This document shows, piece after piece, positions 54,297-64,000 of a stretch of DNA of 64,000 nucleotides. The stretch covers positions 1-64,000 of the IMG/VR virus record IMGVR_UViG_3300011114_000773; one strand, given 5' to 3'. The stretch's first letter is position 1; every line of letters begins with the position of its first letter. This DNA is from a virus. A program made the translations under genes and the position numbers. The notes beneath the pieces were generated by a model. That model made no database searches, was not told the DNA's origin, and saw only the letters and a program-made list of their open reading frames with translations.

Positions 54297-56842
54297 TTGA
54301 TTTTGACAGTAACTTCTCGGAGATTCCATATAGCCCTACTGGCGTCAGATTGCCGGAAATCTCCATTTCAGAAAAGCACCTAACGCTCGTCGGCCTAAAG
54401 ATGGGGGATTCTAATTACGATTTCCTTCGTGCTATATGCTTGACTGGTTTCAAATCTCTTAACCTGAAAAAGACAGACGCAAAATATGCGATTTATACAG
54501 ACAGGGTAAAATACGAACTCAGTATTTTCAAAGACTTAGGCTTTGTTGACTATGTCCTCATGGTTTGGGACGTGATTAATTACTGCAAAGAGAACTCTAT
54601 TCCCGTGGGTCCGGGAAGAGGAAGCGCGTGCGGCTCTCTAGTTCTCTATTTAATCGGAGTAACGAAAATTGACCCTATTAGATATGACTTATTCTTTGAG
54701 AGATTCGTTTCAAAGACAAGGGCAAAAAAGACAGTCGTCGATGGCGTGACATATCTCGATGGTTCATTGATGTGCGACGTTGACATGGATATCTGTTATT
54801 ATCGGCGTCAAGAGGTATTAGCCTATATAGACCAGAGATACTCTGGAAAGACCGCTAAAATCTTGACCTTTAATACTCTAAGTAGCAAAATCTTAGTTAA
54901 GGAAGTCGGAAAAACTGTCGGTAGCAAGGCAGACTCGGACATGACCAAAGTGACCGCGATGATTCCAAAGACTTTCGGAATTGTGGCGGATTTGCCGCAG
55001 GCATATAAAGAGGTCGCGGAATTCAAGACGTGGTGCGACGAAAATCCATTGATATTTCAGATTAGTCAAAAACTTCACGGCCTGATTAAGAACAAAGGCG
55101 TTCATCCATCTGGTGTACTAGTCTCTTACGAAAAACTCGAAGACTCATGCCCCACGGAATTGACTTCAGACAAGGCGGAAGTCTCGTCTGTCGATATGTC
55201 ATGGGTTTCCGTCGCTAACGTCAAGCTGGACGTTCTGGGACTTAGGAGCGTATCTGTGGTGAATGACGTTTGTAAATCCGTCGGGATAGAGATGAAGGAC
55301 ATCGACCTAAATGACTCGTTGATATATCTTAGCCTTCAAGATTTGAAAACTCCTCACGGACTTTTCCAAATTGAAGCGGACTTGGCATTTGAAGTGCTTA
55401 AGAAAGTCATGCCTCGAAGTCTTGAACAACTAAGCGACGTGCTAGCACTTGCTAGACCCGGTGCTATGGCGCACATTGACCAATATGCCGCCTATTCCAA
55501 TAACGGAGTCTATGATGCGGAAAATCCATTCTTTGACGATATTCTAAAGCCTACAGGTGGAATTTGTCTTTATCAAGAGCAGTTGATGAGGATGGTAAAT
55601 AAAATTGGATTCAGCCTTGAGGATTCAGAGCAAGTCCGCCGATGCGTCGGCAAGAAAAAGGTAGAGGAGATGGCCCTTTGGGAAGAGAAGATTAGCAACA
55701 AGATTACTGAAAAAGGTCTGGACCCTAAGATTGGTAAAACGCTTTGGGATATTGCTAAGGCCTCTGCTAATTACCAGTTCTGCAAAAGCCATAGCGTAGC
55801 TTATGCGGCGCTTTCTGCGCTAACTATTTATCTTAAGTTCAAATATCCCCAGCAGTTCTTTCTGTCTCTTCTTAAAATGACGAAGAATGAACCCGACCCA
55901 GTTCAAGAAATTTACAAGATTCAAAAGGAGATGTCTTCGTTTGGAATGAGACTTCTTCGTCCCGACCTTCTTAAGTCGGAAATGCAGTTCAGTATAGTAG
56001 GAAAAGACATCAGATTCGGACTCATGTCTGTAAAAGGAATCTCTGAAGGCTCTTTAGACTCACTGCTTAAGTTCCGCACGGAATGCGGCGGGAAGCAGAT
56101 GGACAAATTTGAACTATATGAGTGCGCGAATAAGGCTAAGATTAATGTCGGCGTGCTGAGTTCTCTAATTCAAGCCGGTTGCTTTGAAACTAACGGAACT
56201 AGTCGCAGCTATGCCGTGTATCAGGCGCAGTTGTGGGGGCAGCTTACCGATAGAGAGAAAGTCATCGCAAAAACTATCGGCGAAAAGCACGAATTCAATT
56301 TAGCGAAGACTCTCGGAGCCATGAAGACAATGAAGACTGCCACCGGCAAAGAGGTTCTTAAAGAAACTCGCGTCGCTACGATTACGAAGGACTGTCGTAA
56401 ATACGCAGATATTTTTGAAATAAACAAGAAGAACGAACCGATAGCTAACTGGTGGTACGAGACTAAACTACTAGGCTATTCTTTTTCTAGTTCGCTAAAG
56501 AGTATTTATAGCGAGCAGCTAGAAAACTTTATGACCGTAAAAGAGGCGAAGTCCGCTCGTCAGCGGAGCACAGTTTATTTTGGTGGACTTATTTTTGAGA
56601 AAAGCATTAACGGCCAATCTAAAAAAGGCTCGAAATACATCAAAATGTTTCTCCGGGATGAGACGGAGCAAATCGTAGTAATGGTATTCAATGAGAGAGC
56701 AGAAGCTCTCGTCTCTGTTCCTGCTATTGACGATTTAGTACTGATAAAAGGAACAATACAGGATGGAGGGGTAGTTTTCGCCGACATCGTCGCTCCTCAG
56801 TCAGCTAAGATATACACAAAACTCTGTCAGCTAAAAGGCTAA
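54293..56842 (+). CDS. dnaE: DNA polymerase III alpha catalytic part (lacks PHP)
   Basis: GPGRGSA.GSL, FERF, DVDMD, HPSG, KLD.LGL, YQEQ, F.KSH..AY. Confidence 0.93.
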   Translation: MIDFDSNFSEIPYSPTGVRLPEISISEKHLTLVGLKMGDSNYDFLRAICLTGFKSLNLKKTDAKYAIYTDRVKYELSIFKDLGFVDYVLMVWDVINYCKENSIPVGPGRGSACGSLVLYLIGVTKIDPIRYDLFFERFVSKTRAKKTVVDGVTYLDGSLMCDVDMDICYYRRQEVLAYIDQRYSGKTAKILTFNTLSSKILVKEVGKTVGSKADSDMTKVTAMIPKTFGIVADLPQAYKEVAEFKTWCDENPLIFQISQKLHGLIKNKGVHPSGVLVSYEKLEDSCPTELTSDKAEVSSVDMSWVSVANVKLDVLGLRSVSVVNDVCKSVGIEMKDIDLNDSLIYLSLQDLKTPHGLFQIEADLAFEVLKKVMPRSLEQLSDVLALARPGAMAHIDQYAAYSNNGVYDAENPFFDDILKPTGGICLYQEQLMRMVNKIGFSLEDSEQVRRCVGKKKVEEMALWEEKISNKITEKGLDPKIGKTLWDIAKASANYQFCKSHSVAYAALSALTIYLKFKYPQQFFLSLLKMTKNEPDPVQEIYKIQKEMSSFGMRLLRPDLLKSEMQFSIVGKDIRFGLMSVKGISEGSLDSLLKFRTECGGKQMDKFELYECANKAKINVGVLSSLIQAGCFETNGTSRSYAVYQAQLWGQLTDREKVIAKTIGEKHEFNLAKTLGAMKTMKTATGKEVLKETRVATITKDCRKYADIFEINKKNEPIANWWYETKLLGYSFSSSLKSIYSEQLENFMTVKEAKSARQRSTVYFGGLIFEKSINGQSKKGSKYIKMFLRDETEQIVVMVFNERAEALVSVPAIDDLVLIKGTIQDGGVVFADIVAPQSAKIYTKLCQLKG

Positions 56843-59800
56843 TATAGGCCTTTGTTATACTCTGTCCAGGTTATACCTTTGGGTATAAGCGTTCCCACGT
56901 TCGGTTGCGGGTATCTCCAGACAGGAATAACTGACTCTGAAAACCGTGAGTCTCCAGAAGCGGCTGTGAACTCGGCGTCATAATATTGTTTTTGGGCGCT
57001 AACTTCATATAATTTGCTGATAATCGGATTAACTGTGTTATCTGCTAGAGACTGCCCTTGACATGCGCTATAAAGCATGGTCGTCTCTGGCAGCATTTTG
57101 CCGTCTGGAAGCGTCACTCCGTCATACGATGGCATCACTTTTGCGTTAAGATATGCGTAATCGCTAATCGCGCCGACAATGTATTTATTATAGTTCTTTT
57201 CGTTAGTGTTTACCTCTGCGAAAGACTCGTCTGTCAAATATTTTACGTTTTCTCCAGTTACTTCTAGCTGCCTAGAAGGGGCGTATTGTAACTCGCAATT
57301 CGCAGGAATGGATACCTGATATCCGTGCTCAATCATAGTATTGGACAGGAATTGAGGATATAGAGAGTTCTCCTTGACGACATCCCCTACCGAGATATCT
57401 TTCAGGAACAGCCCCTCGGAGAGTACTGGGCGTTCCTTGATATTCTCATATTTTAGAACTCCAGTTATTAAGCAGTTTCCTGTCGGCATCACCAAATCTT
57501 CAACATCGTATGGAGGATTGCCGTATCCTGACCAATTTATGTTCGACACGATAACTTCTATTTTACACTGCTGTCTCCAGTAGTATATCTCTCCGGTATG
57601 AGTCGCTTGCCAGCCTGTTACAGAAACTCCCGTTCCCCAATCCGAACCGGACGGAATTTTGTATAAAATTCCAGTCTCCATTGTCCCTGTATATGAGAAT
57701 ATCTGGTTTTCATAGTTGAACGGTCCCGAAGTCTCTCGGGCAAATCCAGAACGAAAATATCCAGTTTCATCCAAAAATGAAGAAGCCGTTTTCTTTCCAG
57801 AGTATCCTCCGGGAAAATATTCCAAGGCGGCAAAGTGGAATCCGAATCCAGTAGGCTTCATGTCCGCTATAATTATCCGGTTGTCTTTGGCTGGTTCTCT
57901 TTTATGGCCAGCACTGAACATGCTGTCCCAATGGTAATGCCCATATCCATATCGGATAGAGTCAACAGTCTTGTCCCCACTGTAGAACCCCATCCAACTG
58001 TCCCCTACTAGGCCACTCGGTCCCGTAGGATGCCGAGAACCATTTAGCTGCTCATCGGCAGAGTAGTTATCGGTTATTCCGCTAAAATTTCCGACTCTCT
58101 TTAAGTACAATGGGTCAGAGCCAGCATATCCATATCCGCGTTCTGGATTAGACTGGTTTTCTTCGTATAGATTACGAGAGATTGAAAATGCAGAATACAC
58201 GCTCTCTGCGTCAAACGAAGAAGTCTCCAATCTGTATCCCGGCATCACGTAAGAACCCGTAATAGGAATTGTATATCCGGTATATCGAGAAAACAAGCCT
58301 ACTGGATTCTTAGTAGATGTCGCTGCATAATCTGGACCATACCACCCATATCCAACTATATGAGTATGGCCGACTATGAAAGCGCCGGTATCTCTTAGTC
58401 CGAAGTCAGAAGCGACAACCGCGTTCGTGCCCGAATATTTTCCTATTTCGTCAGACAGAAATCCCTGTATGTAGTTAGGAGGACTATCATATATAAAAGG
58501 ATTAGAACCCGAGTCGGCCATGACAAAGACATTAGAGTATATCTGATTAATGGGCTGCGAGAAGTTTTCATCTACGGCATGACTCGGCGTAGAAGAATTA
58601 GCTGTATCGAACAATATCGAATTAGGATTGACTGGATAGTTATAAGTATTTAATCCTCCACCAGCATCATAAGCCTGACGTTTATAGAATTCTCTTTTGG
58701 CATATTGTCTTATCGTCAGATTATATGTAACCTTATGAGGAAATCCTATTTCTTTAGGGAATCCCTTTCCGCTATATTCTTCGATAAGGTCTGCCTTTCC
58801 AAATTTTGTCAGGAATACATTATTACCCTTATTCTCGAAAGAATCAAGACCCTCCGTGTCTGATTTATAAATCTCCCCTCCAAACATCTGTTCTGCTGCT
58901 GGATACAAGAACCTCTTCTTAGCAGTGGCAAATGGTCCTCTAAAGTAGCGCGGAAATGAGTTTTCTCTCTTTTGTGTCTTTATCACGGGATACCAACCGG
59001 AGGACAGAAGACCAATGGAGTGCGGAGTTTTGGCAAATCCGTCTTCCGGTCCGATAAACGGAAATACTGTATTGCCAGCTATTGATGAAGACAGCCCACT
59101 GTCAAATCCGCTATATAGGTATTCTCCAGTGCCGTCATAGGCATACAGCAGGCTTATCGGAATCTCGCCATATAGCTCATGCGCCCATCCCACAAGCATT
59201 CTATCTTCTATTTGTGGCGACCCGATTATAGCTCCAGAAGACGATAGACTTCCATACCCGTCCAGAGCAGCATTACCCCAAACATAATCCGGTATTTCGG
59301 AGTAGCCTTTTGCTATTAGATAGTTTCCTAACTGCGAAGAATTTACGGTAGCGAACGGAATAGCTCCACCCGAAAATAAAAATCCAGAGTGGATATACCC
59401 ATTATTTGATATCCCGTATTCCGATAGAGAAGCCTTTTCCATTCCATTCCCCATGCCCAGACAAAGGCTCTCTATAATCCCAGAATAATCTTCTGAGCGG
59501 ATAATCCCGGTTGATGGGATATTATATCCGAACACTACCTCTGGTTGTATAGGTTCGTCTGGTTGATAGAAATTTTGATTTTCAAAAGATTCTGAAGCGC
59601 CGCTGGAAATTCCCATGAAGGTCGTTCTATTCCCTAAGTATCCGAATTCTGTTGCGGAAATTCCAAAGCGTAATCTTAATCCAGCATACCGGCTAGCAGT
59701 TTCGCTCTGGAAGTCCTCCTCCACGACTATATATGGATAATCACATTTTGTACTACGCTGCGGCGGACCAGCAATTCCGCTATTGCTATTGTCCAAATCA

Positions 59801-61116
59801 ATCATGGACAATTTGGAAAAGTTCATGGCCGTCTGGCACATTCTCTCAGAAGGGACTACCGGATTAGAGATTATTGATGATAGCCGTCCAGACCAGTTAT
59901 TTATATTTAGCTGGATTGGGACTATTTTAAATCCTGTATGGCCGGTAACTACATTGTATATCTCGTGTGCTACATTAGTAAATGGATATCTTCCGTATCC
60001 GCTTAGGGAATAACCTACTCTTCCGCTATTGTAATTTCCTACATGCTGCTCGACAATATTTCCCCCGATAGGTTGTTGAAGAATCTCCCGCTGAAATGGG
60101 GCGACGAACTCTCCCAACGCAGAATCTACGGTAACACCAGCCCCTTCTATTCCGTTCATTTCAATTCCATCAAAACTAGAGAGGACATTAGTATTACCAG
60201 AGTAGGAGCTTCCTGATAAATGCTGCTTATCCCTGTTATGAAATACATCACCGATAGTAGTCTCAGACCACTCTCCACTAGAGTATGGGCCATCGTTGAA
60301 TCTCCTGAAAAATTGCGTTCCTGTAATTGGGTTAATCGCCCTCTCTTTCTCAATACAAGGTAAAACGCGGGGAATTGTGTGAAAATATCTACCAACCACG
60401 GCTATATGATTCGTGGGATAGATAGGAACATCAATATACTCACAAAATGGGACTCCGTCCCAAGGTTTGGCCGAATAGACGAGTTCTCCGCTAACTGAAT
60501 ATTCCTGCGATGCCGAATCCTTTGCTTTTACTAGATTCGTCTTTGAACTAAAGCTGTCTGACAAGTCATAATATCTAAAGTATATAGCGGGAGATTCTAT
60601 TATTTTTTCAGACTGCTCGTATATAGTGTCAAGGACGGACTGATAGTTGAGTCCAGTGATAGCCTCCACGGCTGCGCGGGAAAAAGGTTCTCCATTCGGC
60701 CCACTGCCAAGAAAATAGTTCAGATGGTCGTATCCTTTGTATAAAAATCCAGTAAAAGACTGGTAGCTTAGGCCAGCGGATAGAGAGCCGAGAGCCATCG
60801 CCGCCGTCATGGTGGAATAGACGCTCTTGGTAGTAGATGAATATGAATATAAATAGTCAGTAGTTATCTGCTCTTCAATTGCGTGAAAATCTGAACCATT
60901 TTCAAGGCCGACTATGCTGTTCAATCCAGTATTTCCCGCAAGGTGTAGAGAGTATATTTCGTCTGCCGAGCCGATTTTCCCTAATCCGTTAAGACACGCC
61001 CTACAAACAGAGAGGTCTAAGCCATCTAGCGACAAACTCTTTTTGCGAAATCTAGCTATCGCTATATTAATAGCAAATGATGCTGCGATTTTTAATTGTG
61101 GGTCAAGTACTGACAT
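56839..61116 (-). CDS. 1425-aa Ser/Gly/Tyr-rich protein, probably virion structural
   Basis: Very long ORF with many SG/TG dipeptides; no recognisable enzyme motif. Confidence 0.55.
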   Translation of the reverse strand: MSVLDPQLKIAASFAINIAIARFRKKSLSLDGLDLSVCRACLNGLGKIGSADEIYSLHLAGNTGLNSIVGLENGSDFHAIEEQITTDYLYSYSSTTKSVYSTMTAAMALGSLSAGLSYQSFTGFLYKGYDHLNYFLGSGPNGEPFSRAAVEAITGLNYQSVLDTIYEQSEKIIESPAIYFRYYDLSDSFSSKTNLVKAKDSASQEYSVSGELVYSAKPWDGVPFCEYIDVPIYPTNHIAVVGRYFHTIPRVLPCIEKERAINPITGTQFFRRFNDGPYSSGEWSETTIGDVFHNRDKQHLSGSSYSGNTNVLSSFDGIEMNGIEGAGVTVDSALGEFVAPFQREILQQPIGGNIVEQHVGNYNSGRVGYSLSGYGRYPFTNVAHEIYNVVTGHTGFKIVPIQLNINNWSGRLSSIISNPVVPSERMCQTAMNFSKLSMIDLDNSNSGIAGPPQRSTKCDYPYIVVEEDFQSETASRYAGLRLRFGISATEFGYLGNRTTFMGISSGASESFENQNFYQPDEPIQPEVVFGYNIPSTGIIRSEDYSGIIESLCLGMGNGMEKASLSEYGISNNGYIHSGFLFSGGAIPFATVNSSQLGNYLIAKGYSEIPDYVWGNAALDGYGSLSSSGAIIGSPQIEDRMLVGWAHELYGEIPISLLYAYDGTGEYLYSGFDSGLSSSIAGNTVFPFIGPEDGFAKTPHSIGLLSSGWYPVIKTQKRENSFPRYFRGPFATAKKRFLYPAAEQMFGGEIYKSDTEGLDSFENKGNNVFLTKFGKADLIEEYSGKGFPKEIGFPHKVTYNLTIRQYAKREFYKRQAYDAGGGLNTYNYPVNPNSILFDTANSSTPSHAVDENFSQPINQIYSNVFVMADSGSNPFIYDSPPNYIQGFLSDEIGKYSGTNAVVASDFGLRDTGAFIVGHTHIVGYGWYGPDYAATSTKNPVGLFSRYTGYTIPITGSYVMPGYRLETSSFDAESVYSAFSISRNLYEENQSNPERGYGYAGSDPLYLKRVGNFSGITDNYSADEQLNGSRHPTGPSGLVGDSWMGFYSGDKTVDSIRYGYGHYHWDSMFSAGHKREPAKDNRIIIADMKPTGFGFHFAALEYFPGGYSGKKTASSFLDETGYFRSGFARETSGPFNYENQIFSYTGTMETGILYKIPSGSDWGTGVSVTGWQATHTGEIYYWRQQCKIEVIVSNINWSGYGNPPYDVEDLVMPTGNCLITGVLKYENIKERPVLSEGLFLKDISVGDVVKENSLYPQFLSNTMIEHGYQVSIPANCELQYAPSRQLEVTGENVKYLTDESFAEVNTNEKNYNKYIVGAISDYAYLNAKVMPSYDGVTLPDGKMLPETTMLYSACQGQSLADNTVNPIISKLYEVSAQKQYYDAEFTAASGDSRFSESVIPVWRYPQPNVGTLIPKGITWTEYNKGLY

Positions 61117-61135
61117 TATCTATTATAGTGTTTGG

Positions 61136-64000
61136 CTAAAGAGACGCAAAGACATTGTAGTTAGCTGCGGTTAGCCCATTTATCAATACCGCTGGGGTAG
61201 TATTCCCCCCGACATGGAGCGTCGGTGTATTATAATTACAATGGTCAGCTCCTCCCTGTTCGCATGGACTTATAGAAAAATCAATCCTAGAGGTTCTTCT
61301 CAGAGTGGCTAGTGAATTAAAAGGAGTGGCAAGGTTATTCGCGGCAAATGTTGTATTCTTAAGGGCAGTCGCATAAGGCGTATTTGCTGGGCCACGCAGA
61401 ATTGTAACCAGCCCCCCAGCAGCCGTTGACGCTACAAAATCATCATGCTTTCCGTCCTGAGTAAGAATGACTTTGTACTTAGATAAGCCTCCAGCCGAAG
61501 ACATAGATGACATATTAGACATATTAGTCAGCTTTTTTCCTCCCGGTAAAAATCCATGACTATATCTCATACTTAGGCAGGGGTCAAAGCACTTGCCACC
61601 ACGAACGCCCTGTTTGGTGCAGTAATATTCTCCCCCATCAAATAAATTAGTAGAGCTGATATCGTAATAAGCGCATCTAGCTATGTATCCATTAGGGTCA
61701 ATTCCAGCAGTATTAACTACTCCACCGTTAAATATAGCCCCGACTTGATTGGACACGAATTCACAATTAGCTCTTACGTCTCCATATCCATAAGCTTCCC
61801 CCGGACCCTCTGAGCGGCCCAAATACATTCTTCTAACAGAGCGATGAGGAAAAGCCAAGCCCCTGATTATTTTTATATTATCAATAGTGGCCATGCGAGT
61901 TGCATTCGAGTCGTTCTTGAAATACAAACCGTAAATAGCAGCAGCGTCATACATTAGTGAATATTTTTGACCCCATCCCATTGAATAGAATCCCTGTGAG
62001 ATTCCGTTACCTAGCCTATCTCTATTATGGCGCATAACTTTCCATTGGTATGCGTATGGCCCATACATTGATTTCCTTGTCAAGTAAGTATCGCTCGGCT
62101 GACCAATCCATGCGTACTGAAATGGAGCGTCTCCTTGGCGGAGTCCGGGCGCAATAAATCCCTTATTCGGGACGTTATATTTAGCCTTTGCATCGCATAG
62201 AATATAGAATCTATCGAATGCTTCCACGAAGTACAGCATTTTTCTTCCAAGACTAGGCTCTACATAGCCACAGTTAGGGCCAGCTAGAGTGTCTGGGCGG
62301 ACTACAGTATTTTGTACATAATCAAATGCGTAGCGTGCCATCGCCTGATTTGCCGCGCTTATGTCGTTGACAAATACGAAATCACTTCCCCATACGGAAG
62401 AGTTCATAGCCTCATATCTTGTATAAGCCCCAAATCTTCTAACCGGACCTAGGTTTTGATGAAACTGCCAAGAGGTAGAAACACCCATCTTTATTTCGTG
62501 ATTGATATTGTATAGTTGACCCACATGGTCAATATTCGGTACGGGATAGGTATACCCCGGCGGCTGCTTCATCGGAGAAGGGGGATTGGTAAGACCTATT
62601 TCTGCCGGATTAGTTATGCTCTTATGCTTTACCGCTATTCCATTAATTTGGGCTTCTATCCTAACTCCTTTTCTTCCAATGGGCATTTGATAATTTGAGC
62701 ACACTGGTAAATGAGAATGACCATATACAGCTCCACCAATTTTATCAGAAAGGTCTAGCTTATATTGCAGCAATTCTCCATAGTCAACAGGTCTGTGGTT
62801 CATCGCCTTTAGCCCGCGAGTGTCTTCTATAGTTTCCGGCTCGTATGAGCGCAAAACCCCACGAAATCCATCAGAACCGTCAAATCCGAATCCTATATTT
62901 TGCCCTCCCCCATTTCTGATATATTTTTTTCTAACCATCACCTCTTCTGGAATTGTATAGGCGTCCTGAGCTAATCCATGATACGCGGCGAGTATTGGAG
63001 AACCCTGAATAGAAAATGACTGCGAGATAGCCGTCCCATCCTGCAAAAATCCATTTGATACAGTGCTGTCGATTTTCATTGAAAGAGTCGGATTAAGAAC
63101 CGTTCCTCCTCCATTAATGAACGCAATGTCTGTAAGTATGAATTTATCAGCCTCTACAGCGAGCAAGTCACTTCCTCGTATCCCATATCTGCCAGAAGCG
63201 ATACAAAAATAAAAATACGAACTAGCATCCGCCGACTTAATCCCTTGGATATAGGAATAGTTGTCTCTATTCGGACCATTGTAGCCGACAGTTGTTCCAT
63301 TTTCAGCGACGCATTCCGCTGGATGAATAAATGTACAATTCGGTCCGCTATTGTTTTCTAAACATCCCCATGCCGAACTAGCGCCGACTCCCGCATAACT
63401 TATTTGGCTATGGGAGTAGTCCCCTTTCAGATATTCTCCAGTGTATGAGACATGAACTCTTCCCCAAGTATATTTCATTGGATAGAGATATCGGTTCGTT
63501 TTAGAAAGTAGCTTGAGCTTATGCGCCCAATAGTATATTTCTGGATGACGAACGCCTATTTTATCTTCTGGAATTGTATGATAATCAACGGCGTGCGCTC
63601 GGAAAGTCGGAGACTGTCCTATCTTGCAAAATGTATTTTTAGGCTGCTGTAGAAGTATCGGAGTGAAGCAGGAGAAGTTTCCATCTAGTTTTCCAATTTC
63701 GTTATAACCCAACGCTCTCCAAGTATTAACGATTGGAGACGCCGCCAATGTCGTCCTGTCAACCATCATTCCGTCCAGCACAGAAATCATAAGGCCTTTT
63801 GGACCCATTTTTCCACAGCTCTCATTACAGAACATCGAACCTAGCGTGAAATTACTACCCGCCGTAGGATTATCGTCAAGAGAGTTAGGATGCGCGATTT
63901 TATAATTCGCGTATAGCTCCATAAGACCAGTAAGTCCGGCTCGTTTCCCGAATGTCCCCTCGAAATATCTTCTTGGCACCTCTGGTAACTGTAGGCTATT
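61136..64000 (-). CDS. large probable virion protein, N-terminus outside window
   Basis: Frame stays open to the window end; Ig-like start LQQP......G.S.TF...A. Confidence 0.55.
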   Translation of the reverse strand, partial: NSLQLPEVPRRYFEGTFGKRAGLTGLMELYANYKIAHPNSLDDNPTAGSNFTLGSMFCNESCGKMGPKGLMISVLDGMMVDRTTLAASPIVNTWRALGYNEIGKLDGNFSCFTPILLQQPKNTFCKIGQSPTFRAHAVDYHTIPEDKIGVRHPEIYYWAHKLKLLSKTNRYLYPMKYTWGRVHVSYTGEYLKGDYSHSQISYAGVGASSAWGCLENNSGPNCTFIHPAECVAENGTTVGYNGPNRDNYSYIQGIKSADASSYFYFCIASGRYGIRGSDLLAVEADKFILTDIAFINGGGTVLNPTLSMKIDSTVSNGFLQDGTAISQSFSIQGSPILAAYHGLAQDAYTIPEEVMVRKKYIRNGGGQNIGFGFDGSDGFRGVLRSYEPETIEDTRGLKAMNHRPVDYGELLQYKLDLSDKIGGAVYGHSHLPVCSNYQMPIGRKGVRIEAQINGIAVKHKSITNPAEIGLTNPPSPMKQPPGYTYPVPNIDHVGQLYNINHEIKMGVSTSWQFHQNLGPVRRFGAYTRYEAMNSSVWGSDFVFVNDISAANQAMARYAFDYVQNTVVRPDTLAGPNCGYVEPSLGRKMLYFVEAFDRFYILCDAKAKYNVPNKGFIAPGLRQGDAPFQYAWIGQPSDTYLTRKSMYGPYAYQWKVMRHNRDRLGNGISQGFYSMGWGQKYSLMYDAAAIYGLYFKNDSNATRMATIDNIKIIRGLAFPHRSVRRMYLGRSEGPGEAYGYGDVRANCEFVSNQVGAIFNGGVVNTAGIDPNGYIARCAYYDISSTNLFDGGEYYCTKQGVRGGKCFDPCLSMRYSHGFLPGGKKLTNMSNMSSMSSAGGLSKYKVILTQDGKHDDFVASTAAGGLVTILRGPANTPYATALKNTTFAANNLATPFNSLATLRRTSRIDFSISPCEQGGADHCNYNTPTLHVGGNTTPAVLINGLTAANYNVFASL

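Noticed and set aside
29845-56842. Inteins in NrdA, RecA, DnaB or DnaE
   Set aside because: Lengths are normal or short, and no C...HN splice motifs interrupt conserved blocks.
1-64000. CRISPR or other long repeat-spacer array
   Set aside because: No recurring 25-40-nt repeat in any intergenic gap. The 51312-52313 nuclease is a replication-module RecB/Cas4-like enzyme without cas neighbours.
1-64000. Stop-codon reassignment
   Set aside because: Conserved genes are full length in the standard code and end in all three stops (thyX and recA TAG, nrdA TAA, dnaB TGA).

Overview
A 64-kb segment of a large (jumbo-type) dsDNA bacteriophage. It uses the standard genetic code, has no CRISPR array and no true tRNA genes, and Shine-Dalgarno motifs are scarce. 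Bases 1-33.5 kb are mostly minus-strand accessory and metabolic genes: two amidoligases, three YopX paralogs, dCMP deaminase, a VWA protein, DNA ligase, thyX, a NAMPT-like plus Prs-like pair (NARP1-type NAD reconstitution), an alarmone hydrolase, dUTPase, a minimal GGQ release-factor domain, an ECF sigma factor, an SSB-like protein, homing endonucleases and nrdAB. Small plus-strand cassettes interrupt this region (virion-like pair, membrane protein + PAS, holin + possible u-spanin). Bases 34-46 kb hold a dNMP kinase, a second sigma factor and a ~10.5-kb glycan-biosynthesis island. Bases 46-57 kb are the replication module (RecA, DnaB, primase, nucleases, split DnaE). Bases 57-64 kb encode two very large virion-like proteins. 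The most notable content is non-coding and absent from the ORF track: a compact RNase P RNA (27637-27905), a tmRNA (29411-29796), an unclassified ~340-nt structured RNA with its own promoter (33647-33984), and a ~220-nt structured element with 7-nt periodic repeats directly after a DIP1984-like coiled-coil gene (15339-16044), a candidate protein-RNA system. Two promoter classes are visible: host-type TTGAC-N17-TAnnnT, often leaderless, and a phage-specific GTGTAW-N8-start motif. All calls come from motif recognition and manual base-pairing; no searches were run.
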